The notes under the pieces: generated by a model
The model's database searches: none
The model's input: only the letters and a program-made list of their open reading frames with translations
Told to the model about the DNA's origin: nothing
DNA from: Botryllus schlosseri
Lineage: Eukaryota
Assembly (NCBI GenBank): GCA_051294905.1
Contig: CM119374.1
Location: forward strand, 23,746,001-23,810,000
Direction of reading: 5' to 3'
Length of the DNA: 64,000 nucleotides
In this document: in pieces, positions 48,873-62,763 of the stretch
Layout: every line of letters begins with the position of its first letter
Numbering within the stretch: position 1 is the stretch's first letter
Translations under genes and position numbers: made by a program

Positions 48873-51800
48873 ATGGGAATTACTTGTGTGATATTGGCAG
48901 CGTTGGCTGTCGGGACGCACGCTCAATTCATATACCGTGAGTGAATTATGGTTAATGTCCATTGTCCACGTACTCTCTCTGTTGGTGACATAGCAAATTC
49001 GCTAGATATGAGTTAAGAAACCAAAGTCAAATTATATATCATATTGCTTGCCACAGACGCCGGTTGCAGCGACCCGGTTGTAAATACCGTCGGTTACTTC
49101 TACCCCTTGTCATCATCCGGTATCCATGAGATCGGGGCAACAATCAGGTATGGCTGTCCTGAAGGCTTCATGCTATACGGTTCCGAATACGCCAGCTGTA
49201 AAGGAAATGGACAATGGGACGCAATTCCGAAGTGTTTGGGTAGGTTTCATTGATTCTGGATTCTCGTGTATCAATGTAGTAAATATTAGTGTTCTTTCAT
49301 ACGTGTTCTTTCATAGTGTTCTTTCATACTAATTTTAGTCATACTGTCCTCTATTTGTGTTCAATTCTATCACAACGTGCAATTATATTGCATATACCTC
49401 AATTTCAGAATACTGCAATTACCCCAGTCGACCGCAACTGATAGCCATTCCAAATACAGACGCAATAACTATGGTGTACATGGCCGGTCAAAATGTATCT
49501 TTTAAATGCGAGCCAGGCTACAAACGAGTTGGACCTCCAGCCGCCACGTGTCTCGGCCGAAATCTCTGGAGCGACGAAGTCCCAAAGTGCGTGTTGGCGC
49601 AAATATACTTCGCAACTTACCTTAATCAAGGTAACATGATACGTACGAGGATGAATAATACTGATTGAATATATGATTTGCGTCGTGACGTCAAGTCTTT
49701 ACAAAAGATTGGCGGCACAGAGAATCGCGTATAATGCACATTTACATATACCATACATGAATGCGAATCCTGATTTTGTAAACCACGTAAACTCTTGGGC
49801 ATTTCCTGATCACCGCGCTCAGATCATACTATATAGTATATACGAAAGTTGTTCTTCGCCTTTACTAACCAGGCGCTAATCTTCAAGCCTTCGGTGAACC
49901 CCAAAATTTCGCCTATAGTCAGTAGAACAGTAATCTTTCACATTACACACCTGATACATTACTGTAGAAGACTGGTTCATAAAATCAATTGTGCATCAAC
50001 AACAGTGTTAAAAGAAAAGAAAAACAATAAAACTGGATATACACACAACACAAAGGATTATCATTAATATTTACTGCAAATCGCTGTGAATTTTGCTCTA
50101 TGAGTCTGATGTGAGTCTTTACCTCCAGCGAACCCATGAGACTGTCTCAGCCAACCCCAGTTAAGAACCAATGATCTATACGACCTCGGACAGAGACAGG
50201 TTGTCTTTATAAAAATGACTCATACAAATACACTGCGTCACGAAATGCAGTATAGCTATCTGTGCAAAATCGATGAAACGATCAAACCAGACTTTAATTT
50301 TTGAGGCTGAATTGAAGTTACCATAATATCGATATATCAGCTTGGTATCAGCTCTACCAATATGCCCATTTGTCCATACATAAAATGACTTCTGCAAGGT
50401 ATTACCGTCACAAAGTATCATATATACAGCAGGGTGTATATTACCGCCGTTGGACTGGTCAACCATGTCCTACGCACCAAGACCGCCGAAGAACGGTCGT
50501 TATCCAGTCGGAGCGAAAGTCACGTTCACCTGCTTTGACCGCTATAAGTTGTACGGATCGAAATACTCATATTGCTTGGAGAACGGAGAGTGGAACGCGT
50601 TGCCGGAATGTTCCGGTAATATATTTCGTCTCATTGTGGCTGTGAGCAGTGAGCACATATGACGTATGCCTGGGGTGCTCGCTACTTGGCGGGGTGCGAT
50701 GTATTTTTCTGATGCAGATGTAACCGTGATACCAACCTTCCTTTGCCGTACCCAGATCCGAATGAAATGCTAAACCTTTTCATTTATCTGTTTTTCTCCT
50801 CAGGATAAATTTTTACTAGCGAGAATTCCGAGGTTTCAACCCTTTTGCCATATATTTAGGGTTTGAATTGGTATATGACAATTATATGGTAGTAATCAAT
50901 ATGCTTCAGATATTCCCATGAATGATTGCAGTCATACATGAATTCTCAAAGACAAGTGTTACACATTGTAAACAGTCTGCTGACATGACGGAAATTTTCA
51001 GCTTATTATAACCGTTGTGCGATTTTCAGATGGCTGCTTCATGGGCAGCAGTGATCACGCTATTTTGAAACCGGCACTCGGAAAGGGAAGGATGACTTAC
51101 AATCAAGGAACGCAGGTTCGCATTGCGTGCTCAGACGGATACCGCGTTTTGGGAGCGAAGGTAGTCACGTGCAAAGAAGATGGTTCGTGGACCCATTCGC
51201 TCACATGCGCAGGTCGATCCCCTCCACACCTAAATATCGCACATAAAACATTGTGACTTGTAGTGGACTTGGAGCCAGCAACAATACATTCTGATGGCAA
51301 TCAAAAATATTTATCGTCATGCTGTTCTTTCCCGTAATTTCAGAAGTGTGCGATGCAGTTCCAAATGAAAACTTGGTGTATTTTCCGAAACCTTCCGCCG
51401 ACAATCATGTGTATAGAGTCGGGCAAACTGTGTCGTTCCGTTGCGAAGCCGGACATCGATTGGTCGGTGCAGACAAAGCCACTTGCCTAAAGAAAATCAA
51501 ATGGAACGCACCAATTCCGAGATGCGAAAGTGAGCAGAATTGCTTCGACCCAACATCGACGATGGGTCGGGTCATGTTTATTGCCTTACCGATATCGGGC
51601 TTTTGAGCCAATACCGCTAAAACCGATTACTAGCACCTTCACCAATACCCCCCATATTCAACAAACTTTTAAAAATTTGTGGTTACCATACGTCCTCTTG
51701 CAAGAGGATTTGTCCTCTGTTTTTCATAATTTGAAAGTGTCCTCGGAGGACGCCTAAACGTCCTCCTTTATGGGCTTTTGTACTCTTTACCTATAGAAAG

Positions 51801-54800
51801 TAGTAATATGCTATCATATACGCGACCCCAACGCAGTGAACGGCAGAGTTTAGTAAATAAAATAGGGTAAATCGGTAGTCGAGTCAAAGTGATGACCTTT
51901 TTTTTAGCAAACATCGTGAAAAATCGGGTAATTCGGGGGTCGAGCCGAAGTGATGACCTTTTTTATATTTTTTTGGTCAACACAGTACTATCGAAAATTT
52001 GTCAAAATCCCCGCTTTTCTTTTCCGGTGCTGGAGCTTTCATAATATTCGACAAGTGCCCTCTTTTTCGGATCTCAAAATATGGCAACCATAATCTAATT
52101 CAACTGGCATTTCCAAAACTTCGGTGCTTCATTTGAACAGCTTTGCATCCTTACTATATGATTGGACATGAAATAAACTAGAATGGCTGTATCTGTACAC
52201 CTGTACACGGACGTGGTCAGTAACGAAGCACTTATACTTTTGTATAGTACTCAAGTAGGTTTTGCATACTTTCACAACTTACTCGAGTGGGTATGATTTG
52301 AGACCAATTCTGCTTAACAATTTGTCAAGCTAAACTGGGCCTAGAATGCTGAATCTTGTTGCTTACATCGAAATCGCTAATTCCACATGTACTTGGGGCA
52401 AAATGTACGACATTACTTCTACTTCTACTTGGTCACCAACGATGACAACTTCGACCTCCACTATATTCGTAGTCTAGTGGTTGTTGATTATAGTTGTGAT
52501 GATTCCCTACTACCATGTTGTGACGTCACGGAAATTGCCCATATTTTTCTACCTTTAATGGCCGATGCCGATATTTCTTTCAAATTTTGATATCGACTTG
52601 ATATTATCGGCAAAGCGGTAATCGGTTGGGCTTTATTTATGAAAGCTACAGTAATGTAATCTGGTCAGAACTAACGAGAGTCGGGTCGATTCATATGACT
52701 ATATCACACATATTGTTTCCTGTATAAAATTTCGAAAATCAATGTATGAAACATGTAGGCTACTTCAGTACTCTAGTTTCTCCTGAATCCGTTTCGCCTT
52801 GATCAGGACATCGCTCAGCACGAAGATTGCTTTGCTTCTCGTTGCATCTAGAAATCATCACACGTTGCAGCGCGCCAACTGTTTCTCATTCGTACGCAAG
52901 CTACGCACCGAAGAAAAGACTGTATCGCGTCGGTGACACTGTCACGTGGAGCTGCGATCCTGGTTTCAAGTTGGAAGGCAGGACCGCCGCGACCTGTTCG
53001 ATTAAAGGCAAATTCTTTCCGCCACGACCCATCTGCAAAGGTTATCGTTATTGCTGATTTAGTGTTCGTGGTCGAATGGTCATTTACATCAAGCCTGTAT
53101 TTCGTATTATGATTTCTGATCCGCCGACTTGTGGCACGTCCCAGTTCGTAAAGGTAAGGCAAATGTAATGACAATATCAGGTAATTTTAGGAAGGAATTT
53201 TAACAATGAGCAAGGAGCAATGAGCATGCATCCACTTTCTAACTCTTTCTGTATAAGGGCCCTGGGTGACCCTGGCACTATCATATATCGATACCTTTGT
53301 ACATATGAGTTTGCTTATATGTGTTTTGTATGAGTGTGTTTCCATCTGTTCTTTGCGTGAAGGAATATACAATTGCATATATATATAAATCGGTAGTTAT
53401 CAGAGGTGGTCAAAGTAGTCAAGAAAGCTACTCAAGTAGAAGTAGAAGTAGCGACGAAAAAATCTACTCAAGTACGAGTAGAAGTACTTCTTCAATAAGC
53501 CATCTAAAACTACTTGAAGTAGAAGTAGAATTGACTGACTTTAAATCTACTCGAAGTAAGTAAGTAGTTTTGAAAACAGTCTTAATTCGTTCGCATGAAC
53601 TGTAAAAAGCTGCGAATTGAGCTATGCGGCAGGTGCAGACAGCTTGATTCGTATTGAGGCATCCAAGGAGGTATCAATTTTCGACAGAATAAGCATTGTT
53701 TCGCATCATGAGACGCAAATTATAGTATTGATATGAAAATGCGATACTAACCCTTTGTTTACTAGAAGACCCCGTTTTTAGAGAATATCATAGCATCGCG
53801 CCATACCCCATATTATAAGGCCCCAAGTTTAGGCGACGACCAATACTTGTATCGGATACGGTTTCATCACTTTACGCGATTAGTATACGTCAATAACAAA
53901 TATTGTGGATCGTAAAAGTGATATTCAGTGTAGCTTTATTTTCGGAAAATAGAGGCATTACTACACTTGCTTTTATGCTTCAACATGTATGTTCTGCAGA
54001 CAAAAGAACTTAAAGTAATTAGAACTCAAAGTATGATACTCGCAATTGAAAGTGAAATACAAATACCACTTCTAAAAACCGAAAAATATATTTCATGTCT
54101 TTTGTCCATAAAGCTTCGAAATTGACCTCCTAAAACAGGTGTAACGTTAAAAAAAAAGCTGGATTTTCAAGATTATCAAGACACGTAATGGGCTGTTAGA
54201 TTACGATATGATAGGTAATTGCTAGATTGCGAAACATTAGTTTCAAACGTTATGGTGGGCCATATTTACTGTGATGAAATATTTGATACGGGCGACATTG
54301 CGGTGTGAGAGGAACCAAGCAATCCGGTACCTAAATTATATTCACTGATACTTTCGTGAAAACATATTTGTCACTCCATCACTACTATGCAGCGTTGTAA
54401 ACAAGGCTCCGAGTCACAAGTCAATTTAACTTTTACAGTTTTGACTCGAGTCAAGTCGAGTCATTTTCAATTCACCACCGAGTCAAGTCCGAGTCCAAGT
54501 CCGAGTCTTTGTGTTGACTGTTCAGTTTCCAGTTAAAGTCTTGCTAAACCCACTTTTTGTTACTCTGTTTGGTGATGTTGAATGATTCGCATTGATTTTC
54601 CTCACTTTTAGCAGTTTCTGATCGCAATTTCAAGTACCAATACCCTAGACGAAATCCCAATAGCGTGGTTACTTTACTATTCTTCGAAATTACAGTGAAA
54701 TGTTGGTCTTGGCCATCTGAGTCTCTAGTCATATGACTTGGTTCGAGTCATGCTCAATGACTCGAGTCAAAGTCGAGTCAATACACAGATTGACTCGAGT

Positions 54801-57800
54801 CGAGTCGACTCATTTCCGTATTTAGAGAAAATGACTCCAGTCAAGTCGAGTCATCAGAAAATCGTGACTCGAGTCGGACTCGAGTCATTCCAACCCTGCT
54901 ACTATGCATGAAGCGCAACAAAATTTTTGGGCTATATTTGACTTTATGAATATTAAATGTTGGTATATCGTGAAAACAACCCCGAAATTCCTCAGGCTAT
55001 CTTTCGTAATGGGGGATTAAACTACTTCTACTTGACAAACTGAAAATAGCGAAAAGTAAGTAAGTAGATCACAAAATATTAGGAAGTAGAAGTAGAAGTA
55101 GAGAAAATCAGATCTACTTGAGTAAGTACCAGAAGTAGATGAGATCTACTTGAGTACTTCCAAAAAGTAGAAGTACTTCGTTACTGACCACCTCTGGTAG
55201 TTATATACGTCAATCAGTTCCATACCGGAAATTCAGTCCCGCCCGATCATTACATCGGTTAAGTGGCTGTAATCATCTAAAAAATCATGCTAAGGGTTAG
55301 GATTGCGATTCGTTTATCTTTATGGCATACGCACGATAGTAGATGTTGTATGCGACGGGGTCGCATCTTCAAGTAGAGTGGTTCGCATGGTTAACACACA
55401 TAGCCTATAACACACGACTTCAATATGAGCGAGGTTATATTGTATATAGACAATGATTTAAACTGAAGTGTACAAATTACAGCCCACATTCCCAAACATT
55501 ATTGCATAGGGTTGCATTTGAAGCAAAAATCAATTTATAACAAACATGTTTTAAACATGGCATTTTTTCTTGAAATGGCATTTATCCAAAACACCGTTTT
55601 CACAGGTTCCAAATGAAGTGTTTTAAAACACCTCTTGTGTTAAATGCAACTCTAATTGCATCCTCAAAACGAACTTCTAATCACATGGTTGTGTATAGGT
55701 ATTGGTGCCACCGTCGTAAAACCGGGATCGTATGTTGCGTCGAAGAGGGCCTGCAAACGACCGCGTGACATCCCCGGTGGTGTGATAACCCCCGTGAAGG
55801 AATACTACACGCACAGCTCCGAAGTGGAGTTCAGTTGCTTTCGCGGAAGATACCTGGTTGGCATCGCGAGAGCTACTTGCAGAATGAGAGGATTTGACGA
55901 CAATTTGCCGAAATGCGAACGTAAGCGTTGTTATGAGACTTGATGTGCCGTTTGGGATAAAACGAATCTCCTCGTCGTCATAAACAACAACCGCTGCTGT
56001 GCAATTAATTCGTGATTAGCCATGTCTGACGATACTAAATGACTGAAGCAGCGACTTATTCCGGTCAATTTGGAGGTAAGATCACAGAGACGAGTGTGAC
56101 AAGTGGCACCATCAAACACGCCGCAGACAATACCTCTGTATACGATCCGACTTTAATCAGCTGCGTTTCAAGTTACGCAACTGCGTTCTACTGCGCGATT
56201 TGTTTCGAGCCGTGTTTGCATCATCATTACCGAGAGATGTCAAATCTGGGTATATCAGAAAATTAGACAATGTTATATGCATAGCGTCACAGCAGATGTG
56301 AAAATAGTTTACCAGATTATTGTTGAGTTTTGTTGACTTAAACGCAGTATACACTGTAAACGAAAATCTTGTATTTAGCCATTTTCACCATGGGATAGGT
56401 GAACGCCACTTTTTCGTACAAAATCTTACCTGCGGTATTCCAAATATACCAATACATCAAATACACCAATTCTCGCGGACCTATATCCTAGACAGAACTA
56501 GAAGTTGTGCGTGATAAAAATCATTCGACTCCTATACTTTCTCCTGTACTGGAATAGGGTTGAAAGAACAATTGTGTACCATCAAGTGTCGATAGCCAGA
56601 TTTTCACCAGGCGCTACGATAGAAATATACTATCTCCCTCCATATATTGTCAACCCGTGTATTTTCCGTGTTGTTGTTTCATAATTTACATAGAGATCAT
56701 ATGAGCATTTCATACTATATGCGCTGCGCATACCATGAAATATGTATAACACTTGTGACGGAATATCAATAGATATCGAATAAAGACCTCAAAATTGCAC
56801 GTGCGCACTATTCTCATCCATATATCTCGTCGGGTAATTGATGGCGTCGAAGTATTGTCACTGCGTTTGATACTTATGAATCGGGATCATTCTTACCACA
56901 AACAGAAACATCCATCCAAACATACAAATCAATTCATCTGCACCTATATAGGCATCCAGTGCAACCCGCCGCGGCGCCCTGCTAATGGCGTTATTTTGGA
57001 TTTGCCGAAGAAAACGTACTTCTTTGGAGATACAGTCCGATACGTTTGCAACTCAAACTTCGTCATGTACGGGCAATCGTCGGCGAAATGTTTCGCGAAC
57101 GGTCAGTTTTTTCCGGGACCACCAGCTTGCAGACGTAAGCCGATTTTCTTTCCATTAGCGATTTTCGACTTATCAAACCAGTTTATTTCATTCTTAACGA
57201 TCATTCCAGCTTCTAAGCAAAATCAAAATATTAACAAACACGCCTTACACCATATTTACAGCGATTTCTATGTAATAGAAATTACTATCTTGATATTAAT
57301 GACCAGAATGGCATGTTGTGATTGGAATAGGGTCGAGCAAGGGTTGTGTGGCGAGATAGAGCATTGGTATTATCCGCGGTTGCAACACCAATGGGTTGCG
57401 GGTTCCAGTCCGACCGAGGTCGACTTCAGAATTCCTATACCTAAGTGTTGGAGGTTTGTCTAGGCTCCTCCTCGCCACCTCATCCGCGTACGCGGTGTCT
57501 TACCAAAAGCCTAGAAGTTGGCCGTGCTATAAGTCGGCAGTTACGAAATGAATATGAAAAATATCGGCCTGGTGTAAATGACCAATTTAGGGTTGTCCAA
57601 AATTTGGAAAATCTTACGAATCCTACGTTGCAATGTCTTATTCTATAGATTATTGATAAAAAACGACACTGAGCCTGAAAGAAGCTCACAGGAACGCCGT
57701 TAAGATTTCGTGCAAAGCGTTTGAAAGTAGCTGCCGAAGAACGGGCGTGCCACCGACCATAGAACGGCGAGAAGTCTAGCAATCACGAAACCACGACTAT

Positions 57801-59636
57801 TGATTGGCTAATCGGCTATGCTTCAATGACCACGACAGCAGCAGCTTGCTGTGAAGGTGATCAAGGAGTCTGCTACCGGCGGCGATTCTGAAGCGCATTG
57901 TATGTAGGTTGACAGATAATGATTTAGGATTGATTCAGGGTATGTTGAGGTACGAAATACATGATGAACAAACAACAGCTGCTTCACAAAAACGTCTAAA
58001 GCATGGCCGCTTTATTGTGAAGGGAATCGCCGTAGCCTATATGCCTGGTTTTCAACGAGAGAAAGCATAGGCGCTTATGCAAGTAGCGACGAATTCCTAG
58101 TTTCAGAAAGAATATATCATTATTGAATACAAAGATAAATCTTAACAATGACACTATAATTTGTGTGATCTTATTGGGCTCAGGTTGTACCACATAGTTG
58201 GAGTTTCGAAAGCTCTAATGATCGGCTGAATCAGCGGGTTATGCTTGGCGCTTGTCAGATGCTTGCATCAAAATGTATTTACTTGCAAGTGTTGTCAAAG
58301 TCCTTGATGATGACGCAGAAAAGAGGTGTAAAAGTAAGCACATACTATGCTGGACATCATATGTCAAAGTTCTTAATATCGCGCAGAAAGGGGGTGTAAA
58401 AGTAGGCACAGACAATGCTGCATAGTGCATAGCATCCAGCATAGTTTGTACATCATATCAAGCATAGTCTGTACTTGCATTTAAACATCGTTTCTGTGGC
58501 ATCATTAGGGACTTTGAAAACACTTACAAGTGAATTCAATTTGCTGTAAACATCTGACAAGTGCCAAGCCTTAGCGACGTTTGATTCAGCCGATCCCTAG
58601 AGCATTCAAAACTTCAATTATGTACTACAACATGAGCCCAATAAGATCACACAAATTGTAGCGTCATTGTTAAGCTTTATCTTTGTATTCAATAATGATA
58701 TAGCCTTTCTGAAACTAGGAATCCGTCGCTATTTGCATAAGCGCCTATGCTTCCCCTCGTTGAAAACAAGACATATAGGCTACGGCGGTTTCCTTCACAA
58801 TAAAGCGGTCACGCTTTAGACGTTTTTGTGAAGCAGCTATTGTTGTTCATCATGTATTTCGTACCTCAACATACCCTGAATCAATCCTAAATCATTATCT
58901 ATCAACCTACATACAGTGCGCTTTCAGAATCGCCGCCGGTAGCAGACTCCTTGATCACCTACACAGCAAGCTGCTGCTGTTGTGGTCATTGAAGCATAGC
59001 CGATTAGCCAATCAAGAACCGTGGTTTCGTGATTGCTAGTCTTCTTGCCGTTCTATGGTCGGTAGCACGCCCATTCTTCAGCAGCTACTTTCAAACGCTT
59101 TGCACGAAATCTTAACGGCCTTCCTGTGAGCTTCTTTCAGGCTCAGTGTCGGTTTTTATCAATAATCTATAGAATAAGACATTGCAACGTAGGATTCGTA
59201 AGATTTTCCAAATTATGGACAACCCTAATGACCATAGTAGTCAACAAACACCATGAATACCACAAACAAAGAAGAGCAAGGGTTAGTCTTGCTCCAGGAC
59301 TTCACGGTAACTAAAATATGATGTGAGCTATGATAAGGGTATGGTGGGATCACCGTTACGACAGTCCCGGTCCAAATTCTATATCCATCCAGCTCTAAGA
59401 TATTCGTAATGCGACTTCTGATCCGAATCCTTGAATCTCTTATCAGCACCATCTTGTCGTCACCATTGCGATTATAAGGAAGGGCGTCCGTGTCAATGTG
59501 ACCTTTATTGCGTGAGTCGTGGGGATTGTTGCATGGATTTCAGCAATCACTGCCGTAAGTATATGCCCCTCATCGACATGTTGTGGATTTTCCACCAAAT
59601 TTATATTTTCATACAACAGGGCGGTTAACTTACTGA
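48873..59636 (+). CDS. Gene E: signal peptide, 8 Sushi/CCP domains and a C-terminal somatomedin-B domain (about 579 aa)
   Basis: Signal exon 48873-48936 (MGITCVILAALAVGTHAQFIY). CCP exons 49057-49239, 49409-49630, 50433-50615, 51030-51212, 51344-51529, 52852-53040, 55699-55920, 56952-57134. SMB exon 59447-59554 (SCRHHCDYKEGRPCQCDLYCVSRGDCCMDFSNHC). Terminal exon 59620-59636 (RRLTY*). Exon lengths sum to 1740 nt, a multiple of 3. Confidence 0.83.
53043..53149 (-). mobile_element. 5'-truncated SINE tail inserted at a splice donor
   Basis: TGGTCATTTACATCA...CCGACTTG matches the SINE at 32108. Flanked by AAAGGT at 53037-53042 and 53150-53155. Confidence 0.6.
53401..55196. mobile_element. 1.8-kb hAT-type non-autonomous element
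   Basis: TIR CAGAGGTGGTCA...TGACCACCTCTG, AGTAGA subterminal repeats and a perfect TSD GTAGTTAT. Confidence 0.88.
54390..54898. mobile_element. GAGTC-repeat MITE nested in the 53401 element
   Basis: TIR CAGCGTTG...CAACCCTG with a perfect TSD CTACTATG. Confidence 0.85.
55507..55654. mobile_element. TAGGGTTGCATTT-family MITE
   Basis: TIR TAGGGTTGCATTT...AAATGCAACTCTA with ATTGCA on both flanks. Confidence 0.7.
57350..57585 (+). mobile_element. tRNA-derived SINE, 5' part; the tail resumes at 59228-59275
   Basis: A-box-like TGGCGAGATAG, B-box-like GGGTTCCAGTCC, and homology to 32108-32346. Split at ATGACCA by the foldback element. Confidence 0.75.
57588..59227. mobile_element. 1.64-kb foldback (almost wholly palindromic) element
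   Basis: Termini TAGGGTTGTCC/GGACAACCCTA. Arms of about 800 bp are reverse complements and decay toward a centre near 58425. The ORF track shows the same peptide on both strands (57480-57782 minus, 59126-59314 plus). Approximate TSD ATGACCA(A/T). Confidence 0.9.
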
Positions 59637-62600
59637 GGAAACGGTGAAATCTCGTCAGACAATGGACTGTTTCTTACATGAAAGGCATCTCAGGCATCCG
59701 TTTATCTACCCTATTTGTTCTGGTGCATTTCAATGATAGTGATCTTTGAACTTTGGCTGCGATTGCATTCCGAATGAATATATATCCATGGTGACTGAAA
59801 AATTGGTATGCATTGTAGTAGAAGTTATGTAGAACATTTGGTGGCATTTTACAGCATATTTTCTTCCTTTATTAATTTATCATGTTCCAATATTGCAACG
59901 GGACGACAATATAACAACGCAGATATAAGATGTAAAAATGAAATGGTGCTGAACGAGGCGTGGATGTGTAGTGAGGAAAACAGGATAGATATATAATATA
60001 CATCTTTACTGTGCGTACACAACTGCACCGTGTTGCAATTGAGAGTTTTATATGTGGATGGAAACTGTCCTGAGCTGTAAACAAAGCACATATCCATCTT
60101 AAATATATCTTATCTGTCTTTCTGCAGATATTGTGAGATGTATTTCAGTTATACTAGGATTGTCATGGAAGGCGTGGAAATATCGAACAACATGAAGCAT
60201 TGACGGGCCACTCGCAGCCACTAATTACTCATTAATTACAGCCAATACTTGCAGTGCTAGTGTACATAATACCTTAGTTCCTGAATATGCTACTTATACC
60301 TCTCAAGATAATAGATATGAACCTACCATAATCAATTAATTATATGCCTGTAGACAACACTAATTAGCATGACTGTGACCATGAGCGAATAACACGTGGA
60401 AGGTATTTGGGGTGTCGAAATATAGCGCTAGTATAGTCGTTAATCAAACCGCAGTTAAGTGGATGGTCAAAACATATTTTGACTATTGTTAATCATCAGG
60501 ATGTCCGCGCACATCTCATAATTTGGTTTGGTTAAAACTACCAAACTTGCGAGCAATTTCGTGACTTCATCGGGGATTTATGAAGTCCCTGAGTGTTGTG
60601 AAACAGATTATTATTATTACTTCGCGTAAAAACCAACAATATTGCTTCGTGTAACCGCCCTCATATCGACTGGATTGTTTCGGGGGATTTTAGCTAAATA
60701 GTTAATATATTGCAGTTAAAGGGATATAGAAATTTCAATCGTTGGGTTGCCATATTTTGGAATCAGGAAAAGAAGACACTTTCTTGAAATCAGATAAGTT
60801 AGTTTACGGCTGATTTTGCAATATTTACTAGAAATCTTGTTGTTTTGACTAAAATAAAATTGTAACTCCCGAAATTCCCTCTTTCAACTTATCAGTGTTG
60901 ACTCAAAAAAGACATTTTTCTGATTGGACTCCCGCGTAACACGTCGTCTGTCTTTTAGGCCAAAATTTAACGTCTTTCGTTGTCTTTTGGGGCATTTTAG
61001 GCGAAAAATGAGGACAAATTGTCAAAAAGAAGGACATTTGGGCGAAGCAAGGACATATGGTACCCCTAGTATACGTCAGTACCCACTACAATCCACCTGT
61101 TTCGTGACGGCTATTTGAGTAAGCCGCTGCTAAGGAAATAGCTGCAATAAAACCGGAAATCACCTATAATCATTCATTTCTTCGCCGATTCCTTCGGAAC
61201 GTAACGTGATTTATTTTACGATAAGAAGATTGAATGCCAAGGATATATACATCATCGGTCTGTACGCTCAGTTGAAAAGTGTTGCATTTGTTGTCGGATT
61301 ACTAGCGTAGCTGTCAAAGATTCTTATAGCTGATCAGTCCAGGAGCAGGATTGCATATACCACAGCTGATTGCATAAAATATTTGAATCGAAAGTGTTTG
61401 CGAAAGCGAAAGAATTGCACTGTTTCGCCCTTCCTTGGAAATGCATGAGAGGGCTGGGAAGTACCGTTTATAAATATTCGCCAACTGTCTAATTTAATGG
61501 ACTTACTGCCGTTTGTTTTTGCTTTCAGGTATCATATTCTGAAAGCACGTTCTGAATTGGATAGTATAAAACTCATTAGCAAAAATTATTATAATTGCCG
61601 CGGCATCGTAAGCAAACGAATTTGAAGAAGCGTGATAGTGGAAAGATATTGAATACTTTAATACCTCATGTTAGAGACGACTCGTTATCTGTGATGTAAA
61701 GAAGCGGCTGTTTATAGAACTTACATCACGTCGTAATGACAATGCAATCACGCGTTCGATAATTCGAGCTTAGCGACAGCATCGGCTCACTTACAATACA
61801 TTACCGACGGCTCACAGCTGCTGGACTGGTACTACAATCCGTAAGATATGGTCGAAGGAACTCATTCATACTTTATGCCTTTTGGTGAAATCATGACTTT
61901 GACGGAGAGACAAAATCGCATACTTATTACAGAAGTAATGCGGAGAGTAAAGTGATAGAGCTGATTATCTCCCACTTTCTTCATCATTTCGTGTAGTCAA
62001 TCCGTATATTCTATGGAATTATTGCGCTTCTCACTTAATGCAAATGATAAGCGGCCATTTTACATGCTGAGAATATCACCCGTTTATTTTATGCTTTGTG
62101 CAAGACACGCCGTGGTAGTCCATTGTATTGCCAATTAATTATAGAGGTGGATACTACGATATCTTAGATCCATAAGCACAGCGACCAATTCAAGTAAAAC
62201 ACATTCGCAGATTATGCATCGCCTATGCAGAATTACAAACGTTTAAAAGCATAACGCGATGTGAACTAATATTGTACGCCTGCATTAAAACTTTTCGGTT
62301 CTTGAATTAGTTTTCGTCAAAGTATTCTCATACTTATCGATATTGCGTTGGTCATGTGAAAATCCCCTCACACTGACGGTTAATTTAATGCACATAAAAT
62401 ATCCTCACATACCAGCCAACAAAACATCCGGTCATTTCCCCTCAAGGCATATCTGGTTTGGAGAATATCCACTTCGTCTTTTCTTGTTCAGAAGAAAGGA
62501 GAGAGCGCATGTAGTCGAATTGATGTTTTTAGAAGAATAATCCGTTCTTAAATCGGCCATGATCCTTATTTCACTATCGATTTGGATTTAAAAAAGCTCA

Positions 62601-62763
62601 CCTCATTACAGAAGACAAGCAGACAAAAGTCCTAGTTTCATTTGGCTATTATTAGAAGCGCCGATGTTTGGGAATACCGGATCCGTTGTATAAATTCGAC
62701 ACTGCGAAATCTGAATTGGTCATTCCAAGTTTTGCGTCCATCTATAAGCTTCCGCCGCTAAGT

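Noticed and set aside
54390-54898. Regularly spaced GACTCGAGTC and GGAGTC repeats that look CRISPR-like (also 28574-29289 and 43464-44569)
   Set aside because: Eukaryotic context, no constant repeat-spacer lengths and no cas genes. They are subterminal repeats of MITEs, two of which have perfect 8-bp TSDs.
56049-56075. 27-nt phase 1-1 micro-exon candidate (AATYSGQFG, donor G|GTAAG) in gene E
   Set aside because: The acceptor lacks a pyrimidine tract and the gene model does not need it. It would require junction reads.
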